From the NCBI GenBank assembly GCA_965214605.1, contig OZ243961.1, positions 3,552,001 to 3,616,000 of the forward strand: a DNA stretch of 64,000 nucleotides, read 5' to 3'. Positions 56,370-64,000 of the stretch are shown piece after piece (position 1 is the first letter of the stretch; each line of letters opens with the position of its first letter). The notes beneath the pieces were generated by a model. It made no database searches and had not been told where the DNA came from. It saw only the letters and a list, made by a program, of their open reading frames with translations. Made by a program: the position numbers and the translations under genes. Origin of the DNA: an uncultured Candidatus Binatia bacterium (GTDB lineage: Bacteria; Desulfobacterota; Binatia; Bin18).

Positions 56370-56939
56370 CTAATGATACTGCACACGCTCTTCCGAAGAA
56401 GATCGGATTTCCTCCAGCAAGCGGTCGATGGCCAGGCGGATCAGCCGTTGGTTGTGTTTGAGACGCTCTTGGGTGTTCTGCAGTTGCTGGCCGTCTCTAC
56501 GTTTGCGCGCCCGAAAGTAATCAAGCTGAATTTCAAGACGCTCGGCTAGCAAACGGTCGACCGCGGCCAGAGAGGGCAGGTGGGTGACGCCTTTCCCCAT
56601 CTCATCGGCAATGGTGAGCAAACGGCTCAGCAGGCCGGTATGATAATTGGCAATATCGGCCAACAGCTCGGCGTCGCGGCGTATAGGGCGCAAAAAAAAC
56701 GCCTCGCCGAACAGCCGGACGGCCGCGGCAAAGTCACCCTGTTCAATCAAGACGTCGCCCTGGCTGCAGCGAAGACTCGAGCGTCGAAAGGCGGCCCGCT
56801 CAAGAAAGCCCCCAAAGACAGTCTGAAAGGCGGCGAGTAGCACGAGAACGAGCGGCACGAGCACGCCGAGGCTCAGCACGAGTACACCAAGGCTCAGCAG
56901 CAGGGACAGCGGTGATGCCGTGGTTTCAACAGGCGGCAT
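56370..56939 (-). CDS. Hypothetical membrane-anchored helical protein
   Basis: Long N-terminal hydrophobic segment, a TPR-like helix pair and a charged coiled C-terminus; co-oriented with the downstream genes. Confidence 0.7.
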   Translation of the reverse strand: MPPVETTASPLSLLLSLGVLVLSLGVLVPLVLVLLAAFQTVFGGFLERAAFRRSSLRCSQGDVLIEQGDFAAAVRLFGEAFFLRPIRRDAELLADIANYHTGLLSRLLTIADEMGKGVTHLPSLAAVDRLLAERLEIQLDYFRARKRRDGQQLQNTQERLKHNQRLIRLAIDRLLEEIRSSSEERVQYH

Positions 56940-57045
56940 AAGCACAGACCTCAACCTAGACACAATCACAGCTGGGCCGGCCGGACAAGCCCCTGCCTTG
57001 GACTCCCTCGACTCTTGTGTATGATGGGCAGAGAGGACGATCATT

Positions 57046-57990
57046 ATGCAACACGCCAGGACACTACTGATGGGTATGTTCACCCTTGTCACACTGGCCG
57101 GGCTGGGCGGATCGCCCGCTGCCGCCCAGCCTGCCCCTCCTTTTCCTTCTCTCAACACCGGCGTCCAAGAACATCTGCAGCGTGGCAATTACGCCCTGAG
57201 TCGGGGTCACTGGGAAGCCGCCGTCGAAGCCTATATCAAGGTCCTCCAGATAGACCCCAAGCTGGCCGAAGCGCAGACCAACATGGGTATGGCGTACTAT
57301 TTCCACCGCAACATCCCGGCGGCTGTCCGCGCCCTGCAACGGGCGCTTGACCTGCAGCCGGACCGGATTGATGCCGCCCATGGTCTCGGCTTAGCCCTGT
57401 ACGACAGGGGTGATATCGATGGGGCGATTGAGGCCTTTCGCCGGGCAACTCGGCTAAACACCCAGGCGTATTACAATCTTGGGAACGCCTTGGAGCAACG
57501 TGGTGATATAGAGGGTGCGCGCAAAGCCTATCGCCACTATTTGGAAACAACTCCGGCCAACGCTGAAACTGCCGCTCTTCTCCAGGCTCTCGAATCCGGC
57601 ACAACGCCAACGCCAGCCGCTGGCTCGGCTCAGGACCACTTTCGTCGTGGTGCGAGCCTGCTGGCCAAGAGAGATGCTCCGGCTGCGGTCTCGGCGTTGC
57701 TGATTGCCATGCGTTTAAAGCCCAATTATGTCGAAGCCTGTAATATGCTCGGCCAAGCCTTCCGTATGCAGGGTAAGCTCAGCGAAGCCATGAACGGGTA
57801 CATGATGGCCTTGCGCCTTGACCCTAACTTTGGCGTGATCCACCGCAATCTGGGACAGGCGTTTGAGGAGACCGGCAACCTCCAGGCGGCCGCCCAGGCA
57901 TATGACCGGTATTTGGTTCTAGTCCCGGGAGCCGGCGACGCGGCCGAGATTCGGGATAAAATTGCGCTGCTCCGCCGTGAGGTCCGTTGA
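57046..57990 (+). CDS. Exported tetratricopeptide-repeat protein
   Basis: Signal peptide; multiple TPR units (AYYNLGNAL, ACNMLGQAF, IHRNLGQAF). Confidence 0.92.
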   Translation: MQHARTLLMGMFTLVTLAGLGGSPAAAQPAPPFPSLNTGVQEHLQRGNYALSRGHWEAAVEAYIKVLQIDPKLAEAQTNMGMAYYFHRNIPAAVRALQRALDLQPDRIDAAHGLGLALYDRGDIDGAIEAFRRATRLNTQAYYNLGNALEQRGDIEGARKAYRHYLETTPANAETAALLQALESGTTPTPAAGSAQDHFRRGASLLAKRDAPAAVSALLIAMRLKPNYVEACNMLGQAFRMQGKLSEAMNGYMMALRLDPNFGVIHRNLGQAFEETGNLQAAAQAYDRYLVLVPGAGDAAEIRDKIALLRREVR

Positions 57991-58066
57991 GAGCGGACCG
58001 TGTCTCGCTCGCCTCTTGTTCCCGATCAGGCAAGGGGATAAGTATGACCAGGGGAGAGCTACGGTC

Positions 58067-59194
58067 ATGCGGGCGATTTTACAAAAGGTGGGTGTGTTGA
58101 ACACCGCGTTCCCAGCCGTCGCTCCACACTGGCCGCGCGCTGGCTGTCCCGCCTCGCTTTTGCTCCTCAGCCTACTGACGCTGGTGGTCTCTGGAGTCTT
58201 GGCTCAGGATGACGTCCCCGAAGGCGGGCAAGAAACTGTGCCGCCACTCGCCCCTTTGGACAAGCAAGCGCCCGAAAGTTCTCACCCGCCCCAGGCGGCT
58301 GAGCCTCCCCAGCCCCAAGCACAGCCTGTCGTTGGCTGGCCCCGAGGCTTGGTGACAGTGACGGTGACGGATTTTGAGGGAGAATATATTTCAGACCTCG
58401 AACCCCGAGACTTTAGCCTGTATGTTGATGGCGCGCCGCAGAAAATTGTCTACTTTAATACTGGCCGCCGGGAGCCAGTGAGTCTGGGGCTCGTTGTCGA
58501 TGGCAGTGGCAGTATGCGCACCAAGAGAGGCCCTGCCCGCCACGCCCTCCGGGGTTTTATTGCTCAGATCAAACGTGGCGATGAGGTCTTTCTCGAACAG
58601 TTCAGCCACCAGCTGAGCCTCCTCCAGGACTTCACCGACAGCCGGATGCTGCTCGTCCAGGCGGTCAGCCAGCTGCGGCCGATTGGCGGAACCGCACTAC
58701 ACGACGCCATTGTGGACGGCCTGCACCGGGTCCAACGCGGCCGCCATCAGAAAAAAGCTCTGATTGTGATTACCGATGGCTACGATACCGCCAGCCTCAC
58801 CCCGCTTGACGAAATGCTCGGCGCAGCCCGGCGCTCCGGGGTCCTGATCTATACCATCGGCATTGGCAATCCCCATAGCTATCTCGCCAACAGAAGGCGA
58901 ATTATGATCGGTCGGTATGCCATGCTGCCGAATCAAGGCCTTGAACGGGTCGATGTCAAAACCCTCCAACAGATTAGCACCCAGACCGGCGGGAAGCATT
59001 TTCTACTGAATACGGCCGAGGTGCATGGCATCCGAGCGACGCTAGCCCAGGCCACCCAGACGATTTCCCAGGAGCTACGCGCTCAGTACAGTATTGGCTA
59101 TGCGCTAGAGCAAGATGGAGAGCAGCACCGCGTGCAGGTTGAAACCTTCCGTGACGATGTGGTCGTCCGCACCCAACAGGTGCAGATTGAGTAG
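58067..59194 (+). CDS. Exported VWA-domain protein
   Basis: MIDAS DGSGSM, GGTALHDAI, VITDGYD, TGG, ELRAQYSIGY; start uncertain. Confidence 0.9.
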   Translation: MRAILQKVGVLNTAFPAVAPHWPRAGCPASLLLLSLLTLVVSGVLAQDDVPEGGQETVPPLAPLDKQAPESSHPPQAAEPPQPQAQPVVGWPRGLVTVTVTDFEGEYISDLEPRDFSLYVDGAPQKIVYFNTGRREPVSLGLVVDGSGSMRTKRGPARHALRGFIAQIKRGDEVFLEQFSHQLSLLQDFTDSRMLLVQAVSQLRPIGGTALHDAIVDGLHRVQRGRHQKKALIVITDGYDTASLTPLDEMLGAARRSGVLIYTIGIGNPHSYLANRRRIMIGRYAMLPNQGLERVDVKTLQQISTQTGGKHFLLNTAEVHGIRATLAQATQTISQELRAQYSIGYALEQDGEQHRVQVETFRDDVVVRTQQVQIE

Positions 59195-59202
59195 CGGCTC
59201 GG

Positions 59203-59586
59203 CTACTTTTTCTTAAAAAAGTGCTCTCTGACCTTCTCGCGGTCGAGTGGGCGAGTTTCTAAGGTATCAAAAATGCTGGCCAAGGCTTGGATGCAGCGCA
59301 CAAAGTCGGGCCACACCGTGCGGGGACCGGAAAAGCTCAGATGGGCAGACTCGATCCGTTCATGGGTATGCTTGACGCCGCCGCTCGTAGTGCTCTCTAC
59401 CTCAAAAGGCTGGATCGGGGCGTTGATATTCAGGTGAAAGACGTCGCTGTCCTCCTCTCCGACCGGGCGACGGAGTTCCATGTGGAGCTTGCCCTCACCA
59501 CCGTCGACCTCAACGATATACCACTCTCCAGGGTAGGCACTCGACACCTTGATGTGGGGAATTTTTTCTGAAGAATCGTCTGCCAT
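59203..59586 (-). CDS. Hypothetical protein
   Basis: ATG with AAGGAAG upstream; compact ORF filling the gap; no family recognised. Confidence 0.65.
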   Translation of the reverse strand: MADDSSEKIPHIKVSSAYPGEWYIVEVDGGEGKLHMELRRPVGEEDSDVFHLNINAPIQPFEVESTTSGGVKHTHERIESAHLSFSGPRTVWPDFVRCIQALASIFDTLETRPLDREKVREHFFKKK

Positions 59587-59794
59587 AACATGCTTCCTTA
59601 CTGTTTTGACTGAGAGACCGGACGGGTGACCGTCATACATATCGACCTCAGGCTGAAAAGAAAAGGCCCTCGCTTGCGGACCGTATGGCATCTGTTTCCG
59701 CTTTTATTTTTGAAGAAGTATGCCTATAGTATGGGTCTCGACTGCTGTTGAGGCCTGTTTGTGTCCGTTCTCGTGCCTTGTGAGGGTCTTGCCT

Positions 59795-61042
59795 ATGACG
59801 ATGCTCTTTGTCCACCCGACTGACCGAACGGCCGATGTGTCTTCCCTCAGCCAAGCCCTACAGCGGACCCAGCCCGGTGACGTTGTCGTGCTCGGTGCGG
59901 GTCGCTATGGACCGAGCACGACTGGAGAGCGGCTGCCGCTGCGGATTCCGGCCGGGGTGGCGGTCGAGGGCGGTCGAGCCGAGGACTGTGTGCTTGACGG
60001 TGAGGGCCGGTTTGAGCCGTCTTTTCATCCGATTCGGGCCGAGCTGTCGGTCGTGCTGATTGAGGATGGGGCTAGCTTGGCCGGGGTGAGTGTGACCAAT
60101 GGCGGGGGGCACGGTATTGGCGTACCACTTGGGGCGAGTGTCCTAATTCGCAATTGTCACCTCAGCCGGCACGGCGATCACGGGATCTTTGTGTGCGGCG
60201 CAGCCCAGGCGATTGTCACTAATTGTCTCTTTGAACACAATGGCCTGAAGCGTTTCGCACCCGAGCTGCCACGCGGAGCGGGTGCTCGGCAGGGCCATCA
60301 TATTTTTGCCGAGGCACGTCACGGCCAGCCGAATCAGCTGCTGGTGAGCGACAATATTATGCGCGCTTGCTTTGCCGACGGAGTCGCCTTTGTGTGTTTC
60401 TTCCGGGAACCAGACGGGGTGAGCTTTGGGGCTCGCATCTTGCGCAATACCATAGAGGCCAGCGAGCGCGGGGGGCTGTTGTTCTCGTGCTCTTTTGGGC
60501 CGTGTCAAAATCGCTACCAGATCCTGGCCGTGGATAACATCCTCAAAGACAACAAACAGTTTGGTCTCAATATCATGACTGCAGTTCCGCTGGCCGACAG
60601 AGTTCCCCAGCACAATCACCTCCGTGCCCTGATCGCTGGCAACACCATCTCCGACAGCCCCCTCGGTATTGCCGTCCACGGTGCGCTCAGTGAAGCTCAC
60701 TACAATAGGTGTGAGGTGACGCTTGATCAGAATCGCATTGCGAACTGTGCCACCAATGCCCTCCGTCTGCTCGGGGCCAGCGGCGCGCCTGGGGTCGCGA
60801 CCCAAGGCAACACGCTCGAAGCGACGGTCTCCCGCAATACGCTGTCCGGCAGTGTCGTGATTCAGGGGGCCGGCGGCCCGTCCGCAGCCACCTTGCAGGA
60901 CAACAGCGTCAGTGTTCGGCTGAGCGGCAATAGCGGGACGGCTGAGGAATCGGCGCGGGTGAGTGATGGACCGACCGGTAACACGGCCACTGTACGGGCC
61001 GCCCCTCAAGCCTATCAGCGCACCCAGGACAATCTTGTCTAG
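59795..61042 (+). CDS. Right-handed parallel beta-helix protein (DUF1565-like N-terminus)
   Basis: SLSQAL..QPGDVVVLGAGRY..TGERLPL; repeated HGI/NxI beta-helix units. Confidence 0.82.
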   Translation: MTMLFVHPTDRTADVSSLSQALQRTQPGDVVVLGAGRYGPSTTGERLPLRIPAGVAVEGGRAEDCVLDGEGRFEPSFHPIRAELSVVLIEDGASLAGVSVTNGGGHGIGVPLGASVLIRNCHLSRHGDHGIFVCGAAQAIVTNCLFEHNGLKRFAPELPRGAGARQGHHIFAEARHGQPNQLLVSDNIMRACFADGVAFVCFFREPDGVSFGARILRNTIEASERGGLLFSCSFGPCQNRYQILAVDNILKDNKQFGLNIMTAVPLADRVPQHNHLRALIAGNTISDSPLGIAVHGALSEAHYNRCEVTLDQNRIANCATNALRLLGASGAPGVATQGNTLEATVSRNTLSGSVVIQGAGGPSAATLQDNSVSVRLSGNSGTAEESARVSDGPTGNTATVRAAPQAYQRTQDNLV

Positions 61043-61893
61043 AGCGAGCCGGTGGGGATTTTGCCGGTGGCTTTGAGAACCTCGTGGACGACCGCCGGGT
61101 CAAAATCAAACGGAATCGCCGGCGGGCGGGGAAACTCAAGAGCGGGGAGTGAAAAGGGCAGGCGTCGAACGCGCGTGTTATACACCTCGGCCAACAGGGC
61201 CGGCAGGTGAATGACATCTTCCAGGTTGTAGCGCAGCAACGTGTCCAGGGCACCGGCCTGACCCTGTCTATGGTAGTGCCACAGCAGCACCGCACACCAG
61301 CCGTCCAACAGAGCCAGCGGCCCCTCGCGTTCTAGCCCTAGCCGTTGCTCGATTTTCTTCAGCCCGCCCGTGTAGCCCAGGGCGGCCAGCGGACGGCGTA
61401 AATCAATATGGGCCTGGCGTAGTGGCAGACCTAGCTCGCGCCGGATAAACGGCAGGTCAAAGGCTTCGCCGTTATAGGTAACGAGCAGCGTAAACTCCTC
61501 AATATCCGCTCCAAAACACGCGAGATCACGCCCCCGCACATAGACCCGCGGTTGGTGTCCGTCGTAGAGGCCGATGACGGTAATCGCACAGTCGTGAGGA
61601 GACGGCCCGGTTGTCTCAATATCGAGATAGGCTACCCGCTGGCAGAACTCTGGATACAGGCGCCAGTGTAGAGAGGGGGCTAGCTTGTGGCTAAAATACT
61701 GCGCGTTGCGGCGTTTCAAGTGGTAGAGTGACTGTTCGAGCTGACGACACACCATCTCACATTGCCACGGGCTCAACGGTGCCCGGTGGGGTGTTTCCAG
61801 AAAGGTCTGCCAGCTGGTCAGACCAGCCCTCCAGATTTTTTTCTCGGTCTTTTCTCCGATGCCGCGAATGTGTTGGAAGGTGGATGTCAGCAT
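61039..61893 (-). CDS. RNase H-like DEDD exonuclease (YprB/RNase_H_2-like)
   Basis: HhH-like GIGEKTE, YLDIETTG, TYNGEAFDLPFI, HIDLR, GGLKKIE, YNLEDV. Confidence 0.9.
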   Translation of the reverse strand: MLTSTFQHIRGIGEKTEKKIWRAGLTSWQTFLETPHRAPLSPWQCEMVCRQLEQSLYHLKRRNAQYFSHKLAPSLHWRLYPEFCQRVAYLDIETTGPSPHDCAITVIGLYDGHQPRVYVRGRDLACFGADIEEFTLLVTYNGEAFDLPFIRRELGLPLRQAHIDLRRPLAALGYTGGLKKIEQRLGLEREGPLALLDGWCAVLLWHYHRQGQAGALDTLLRYNLEDVIHLPALLAEVYNTRVRRLPFSLPALEFPRPPAIPFDFDPAVVHEVLKATGKIPTGSL

Positions 61894-62083
61894 CAGTGGG
61901 AAGGGGGAGTGATGATAGCACGTGGCTGTTGTGCGGGGCCTTCGACACGGTACTGAGAGTAGTTTAGCGCCTTTGGGGCCGAGGGACAAGAATTCTCCGG
62001 GGGGCGGCGGCCCATTTCTTCTGGGGCTGGATTAGGGTATAAAAAAAAGATATATTGGCTGTGGTGTGGGGAGGAGGCTGAGG

Positions 62084-63016
62084 ATGAAAATATGCATTGG
62101 GGCGGTGTGTCTCGCATTTGTCTGTATGGCCTGTGGGCCGAAAAAGTCGGCTATCCCTTCCTCCCATTTTTTGGCCTGGAGCAACCAAGACCTGAGTCCC
62201 AGGCGGGTGTGCGTCTTGCCCTTTACCAACGAGACCGAAGAGGTCGGTGTCGGTGGCCAAGTGCGCAGGAGTTTTGCCGGACACCTGAGCCTCAAACGTT
62301 TTACCGATGTCGAGCTGTATGAGATCGACGCAAAACTCCCGTCAGACTGGAAGCAACTGCCGGCTCAGACGCTGGGCAAAACCCTTGACTGTCACGCCTT
62401 GGTGTACGGGATCGTAACCCAGGCGAAGCGTCTTTATTTGGGATTGTACGCCGACATCGCCCTTGACGGCGGCATTCTGTTGATCGATGCAAAAACCGGC
62501 CAGTCGTTGATTGAGGAGGTCTACGCTACCCGTTTTCGGTACGGGGGCGTACCCCTGTCTGTTTTTGGCATTGTATCGAATGCGGTGATGATGTTGCGCA
62601 ATATTAGCGAAACACGAATGCAGCTCGCCATTGATGACCTGGGGCGAAATCTGGCTGCCCTGGTACCTGATTTGCCCTATCTTCCGCCCACCCCGAGTTT
62701 GGCCCCGCCGCAGACCGCTGGCGTGCCGTCCGCTCCGCCGTCACCGCCCGTTGCGCGCCAAGCCCCGCCCGATACCACCTCATATCATCTCCAGATCGCA
62801 GCTTTTCTCTCGCCCAAGCAGGCGGCCTCCGCCGTCCAAATGTTGCAGGAGAAGGGCTATCAGGCCGAAATTGTGGTCTCGCCCAAGCAGGAGACGCGCT
62901 GGCATCAGGTAGGGCTCGGTCCGTTTCCCTCAGCCACCCGCGCCAGGCAGGTCGGCGCGGCGATCCGCCAGGACTTGCCGTTTTCACCCATTGTGAGAGC
63001 TTCTGTCGTTCCCTAG
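62084..63016 (+). CDS. Lipoprotein with a DUF799/GNA1162-like domain, Pro-rich linker and C-terminal SPOR domain
   Basis: Lipobox-like CMAC, VCVLPFTNET, LDCHALVYG; SPOR YHLQIAAF..WHQVGLGPF. Confidence 0.82.
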   Translation: MKICIGAVCLAFVCMACGPKKSAIPSSHFLAWSNQDLSPRRVCVLPFTNETEEVGVGGQVRRSFAGHLSLKRFTDVELYEIDAKLPSDWKQLPAQTLGKTLDCHALVYGIVTQAKRLYLGLYADIALDGGILLIDAKTGQSLIEEVYATRFRYGGVPLSVFGIVSNAVMMLRNISETRMQLAIDDLGRNLAALVPDLPYLPPTPSLAPPQTAGVPSAPPSPPVARQAPPDTTSYHLQIAAFLSPKQAASAVQMLQEKGYQAEIVVSPKQETRWHQVGLGPFPSATRARQVGAAIRQDLPFSPIVRASVVP

Positions 63017-63095
63017 CCCCTGCGTCCCCTTGTTTTGGCCGGTTCAGGGTGCTTTAACCCGGGCAAGAAGCCTATGCGGAACAGGAGGGACAGCA

Positions 63096-63893
63096 ATGGC
63101 CAGACGATTTGAGAGTAAGGTGGCCGTTATCACGGCCGGCGGATCTGGTATTGGCGCGGCGACCGCTCGCCGTTTTGTCCAAGAGGGTGCTGCTGTGGTT
63201 ATTGCCGACCTGAGTGGCAAACGGGCCCGAGCCGTGGCCGAGGAACTAAGGGGCGACGGCGGGAGAGCCGTGTGGCTAAAAATGGACGCGGCCGAGTCAG
63301 AAGGGGTGAGGGCGACTGTCGAGCTGGCGCTCGACACTTATGGCCAGCTCGACGTGATGTTTAATAACGCCGGCTTAGCCGAACTGGGACGCCTGGAAGA
63401 GTATAGCTTGGAGGGCTGGAATCGGGTCCTGGCCGTCACCCTCACCAGCGTCTTTTTGGGCATGAAGTACTGCCTGCCGATTATGCACCAACAGGGAGGG
63501 GGCACGATTATTAACACCGCGTCCATCTCGGGTACAGGGGCGGATTATGGGATGTCGTCCTATAACGCCGCCAAGGCCGGGGTGATCAATCTGACGCGCA
63601 GCGCGGCGATTGAGAACGCCAAGCACAACATTCGGGTCAACTGTGTATGTCCGGGCGCGATCAACACACGGGTGGCGCAGCTGCTTGGCGGCGATCAGGC
63701 CGATGAGTTCCGCCGTGTCCAGGCTCAGGCCCACCCGATCGGTCGGATGGGCGAGCCCGAGGAGATCGCCCATACCGTTCTGTTTCTGGCCTCTAATGAG
63801 GCGTCGTTTATTACCGGCGAAGCGATTCGGGTCGATGGCGGCGTGACCGCCCAGACCGGCTTACCCGATCTGTCGCACTTCCGACGCGGTTAG
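63096..63893 (+). CDS. Short-chain dehydrogenase/reductase
   Basis: TAGGSGIG, NNAG, S..YNAAK, IRVNCVCPG, VDGG; AGGAGG RBS. Confidence 0.95.
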   Translation: MARRFESKVAVITAGGSGIGAATARRFVQEGAAVVIADLSGKRARAVAEELRGDGGRAVWLKMDAAESEGVRATVELALDTYGQLDVMFNNAGLAELGRLEEYSLEGWNRVLAVTLTSVFLGMKYCLPIMHQQGGGTIINTASISGTGADYGMSSYNAAKAGVINLTRSAAIENAKHNIRVNCVCPGAINTRVAQLLGGDQADEFRRVQAQAHPIGRMGEPEEIAHTVLFLASNEASFITGEAIRVDGGVTAQTGLPDLSHFRRG

Positions 63894-63897
63894 ACGT

Positions 63898-64000
63898 GTG
63901 GACTGGCAAGCCTTACGCGTTGCAAAAGACGCTGAACTTGAACGCCTGGCTCATTTGCCGCTGAGCGAGGTGAGCCCCAGCATCCGAGCCTTTGCCCAGT
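63898..64000 (+). CDS. Probable 5' end of a CDS running off the window
   Basis: GTG 4 nt after the SDR stop; open frame MDWQALRVAKDAELERLAHLPLSEVSPSIRAFAQ. Confidence 0.4.
   Translation, partial: MDWQALRVAKDAELERLAHLPLSEVSPSIRAFAQ

Noticed and set aside
61039-61893. MrfAB (YprAB) pair formed with the helicase at 22.9-25.5 kb
   Set aside because: The genes are about 35 kb apart, the helicase looks acquired and broken, and stand-alone exonucleases of this type are common.
1-64000. tRNA, rRNA, IS elements and prophage genes
   Set aside because: No tRNA arms, rRNA-like tracts, transposase, integrase or phage motifs were seen by eye; small ncRNAs could have been missed.

Overview
GC-rich bacterial chromosomal segment with about 57 CDS. 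I recognised no rRNA, tRNA, CRISPR array, integrase or transposase. Gene content (SPOUT methyltransferase after trmD, Cys-type CcmE, MMPL/YCF48/DUF1329 genes, SnoaL and cyclase enzymes) suggests a deltaproteobacteria-like lineage such as Binatia; this is an inference. Layout from left to right: (1) two divergent MMPL/RND transporters with a YCF48-like protein, a MobA-MoaD fusion, an aldehyde:ferredoxin oxidoreductase and two DUF1329-like proteins; (2) housekeeping aroQ-accBC and mfd-surA-pdxA-PMM; (3) an inserted, frameshifted YprA/Hrq1-like DEAH helicase; (4) a ccm cytochrome c maturation cluster split by a cold-shock gene, including a 45-aa CcmD absent from the ORF track; (5) ffh-rpsP-khpA-rimM-trmD-rplS; (6) a peptide ABC transporter followed by a tightly coupled seven-gene operon of unknown function; (7) trxB, a decayed helicase remnant, menA, htpX and assorted enzymes. 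The seven-gene operon (36216-43013) is the best candidate for an undescribed system. It encodes an orphan GlmL-type ASKHA ATPase, a lipoyl-like/KOW protein, two related membrane-anchored proteins (one DUF6754-like with an FN3-like domain), two polytopic membrane proteins and a small protein. All family assignments come from motifs and recall, not database searches. Many start codons were moved downstream of the ORF-track start on the basis of RBS or gene overlap.
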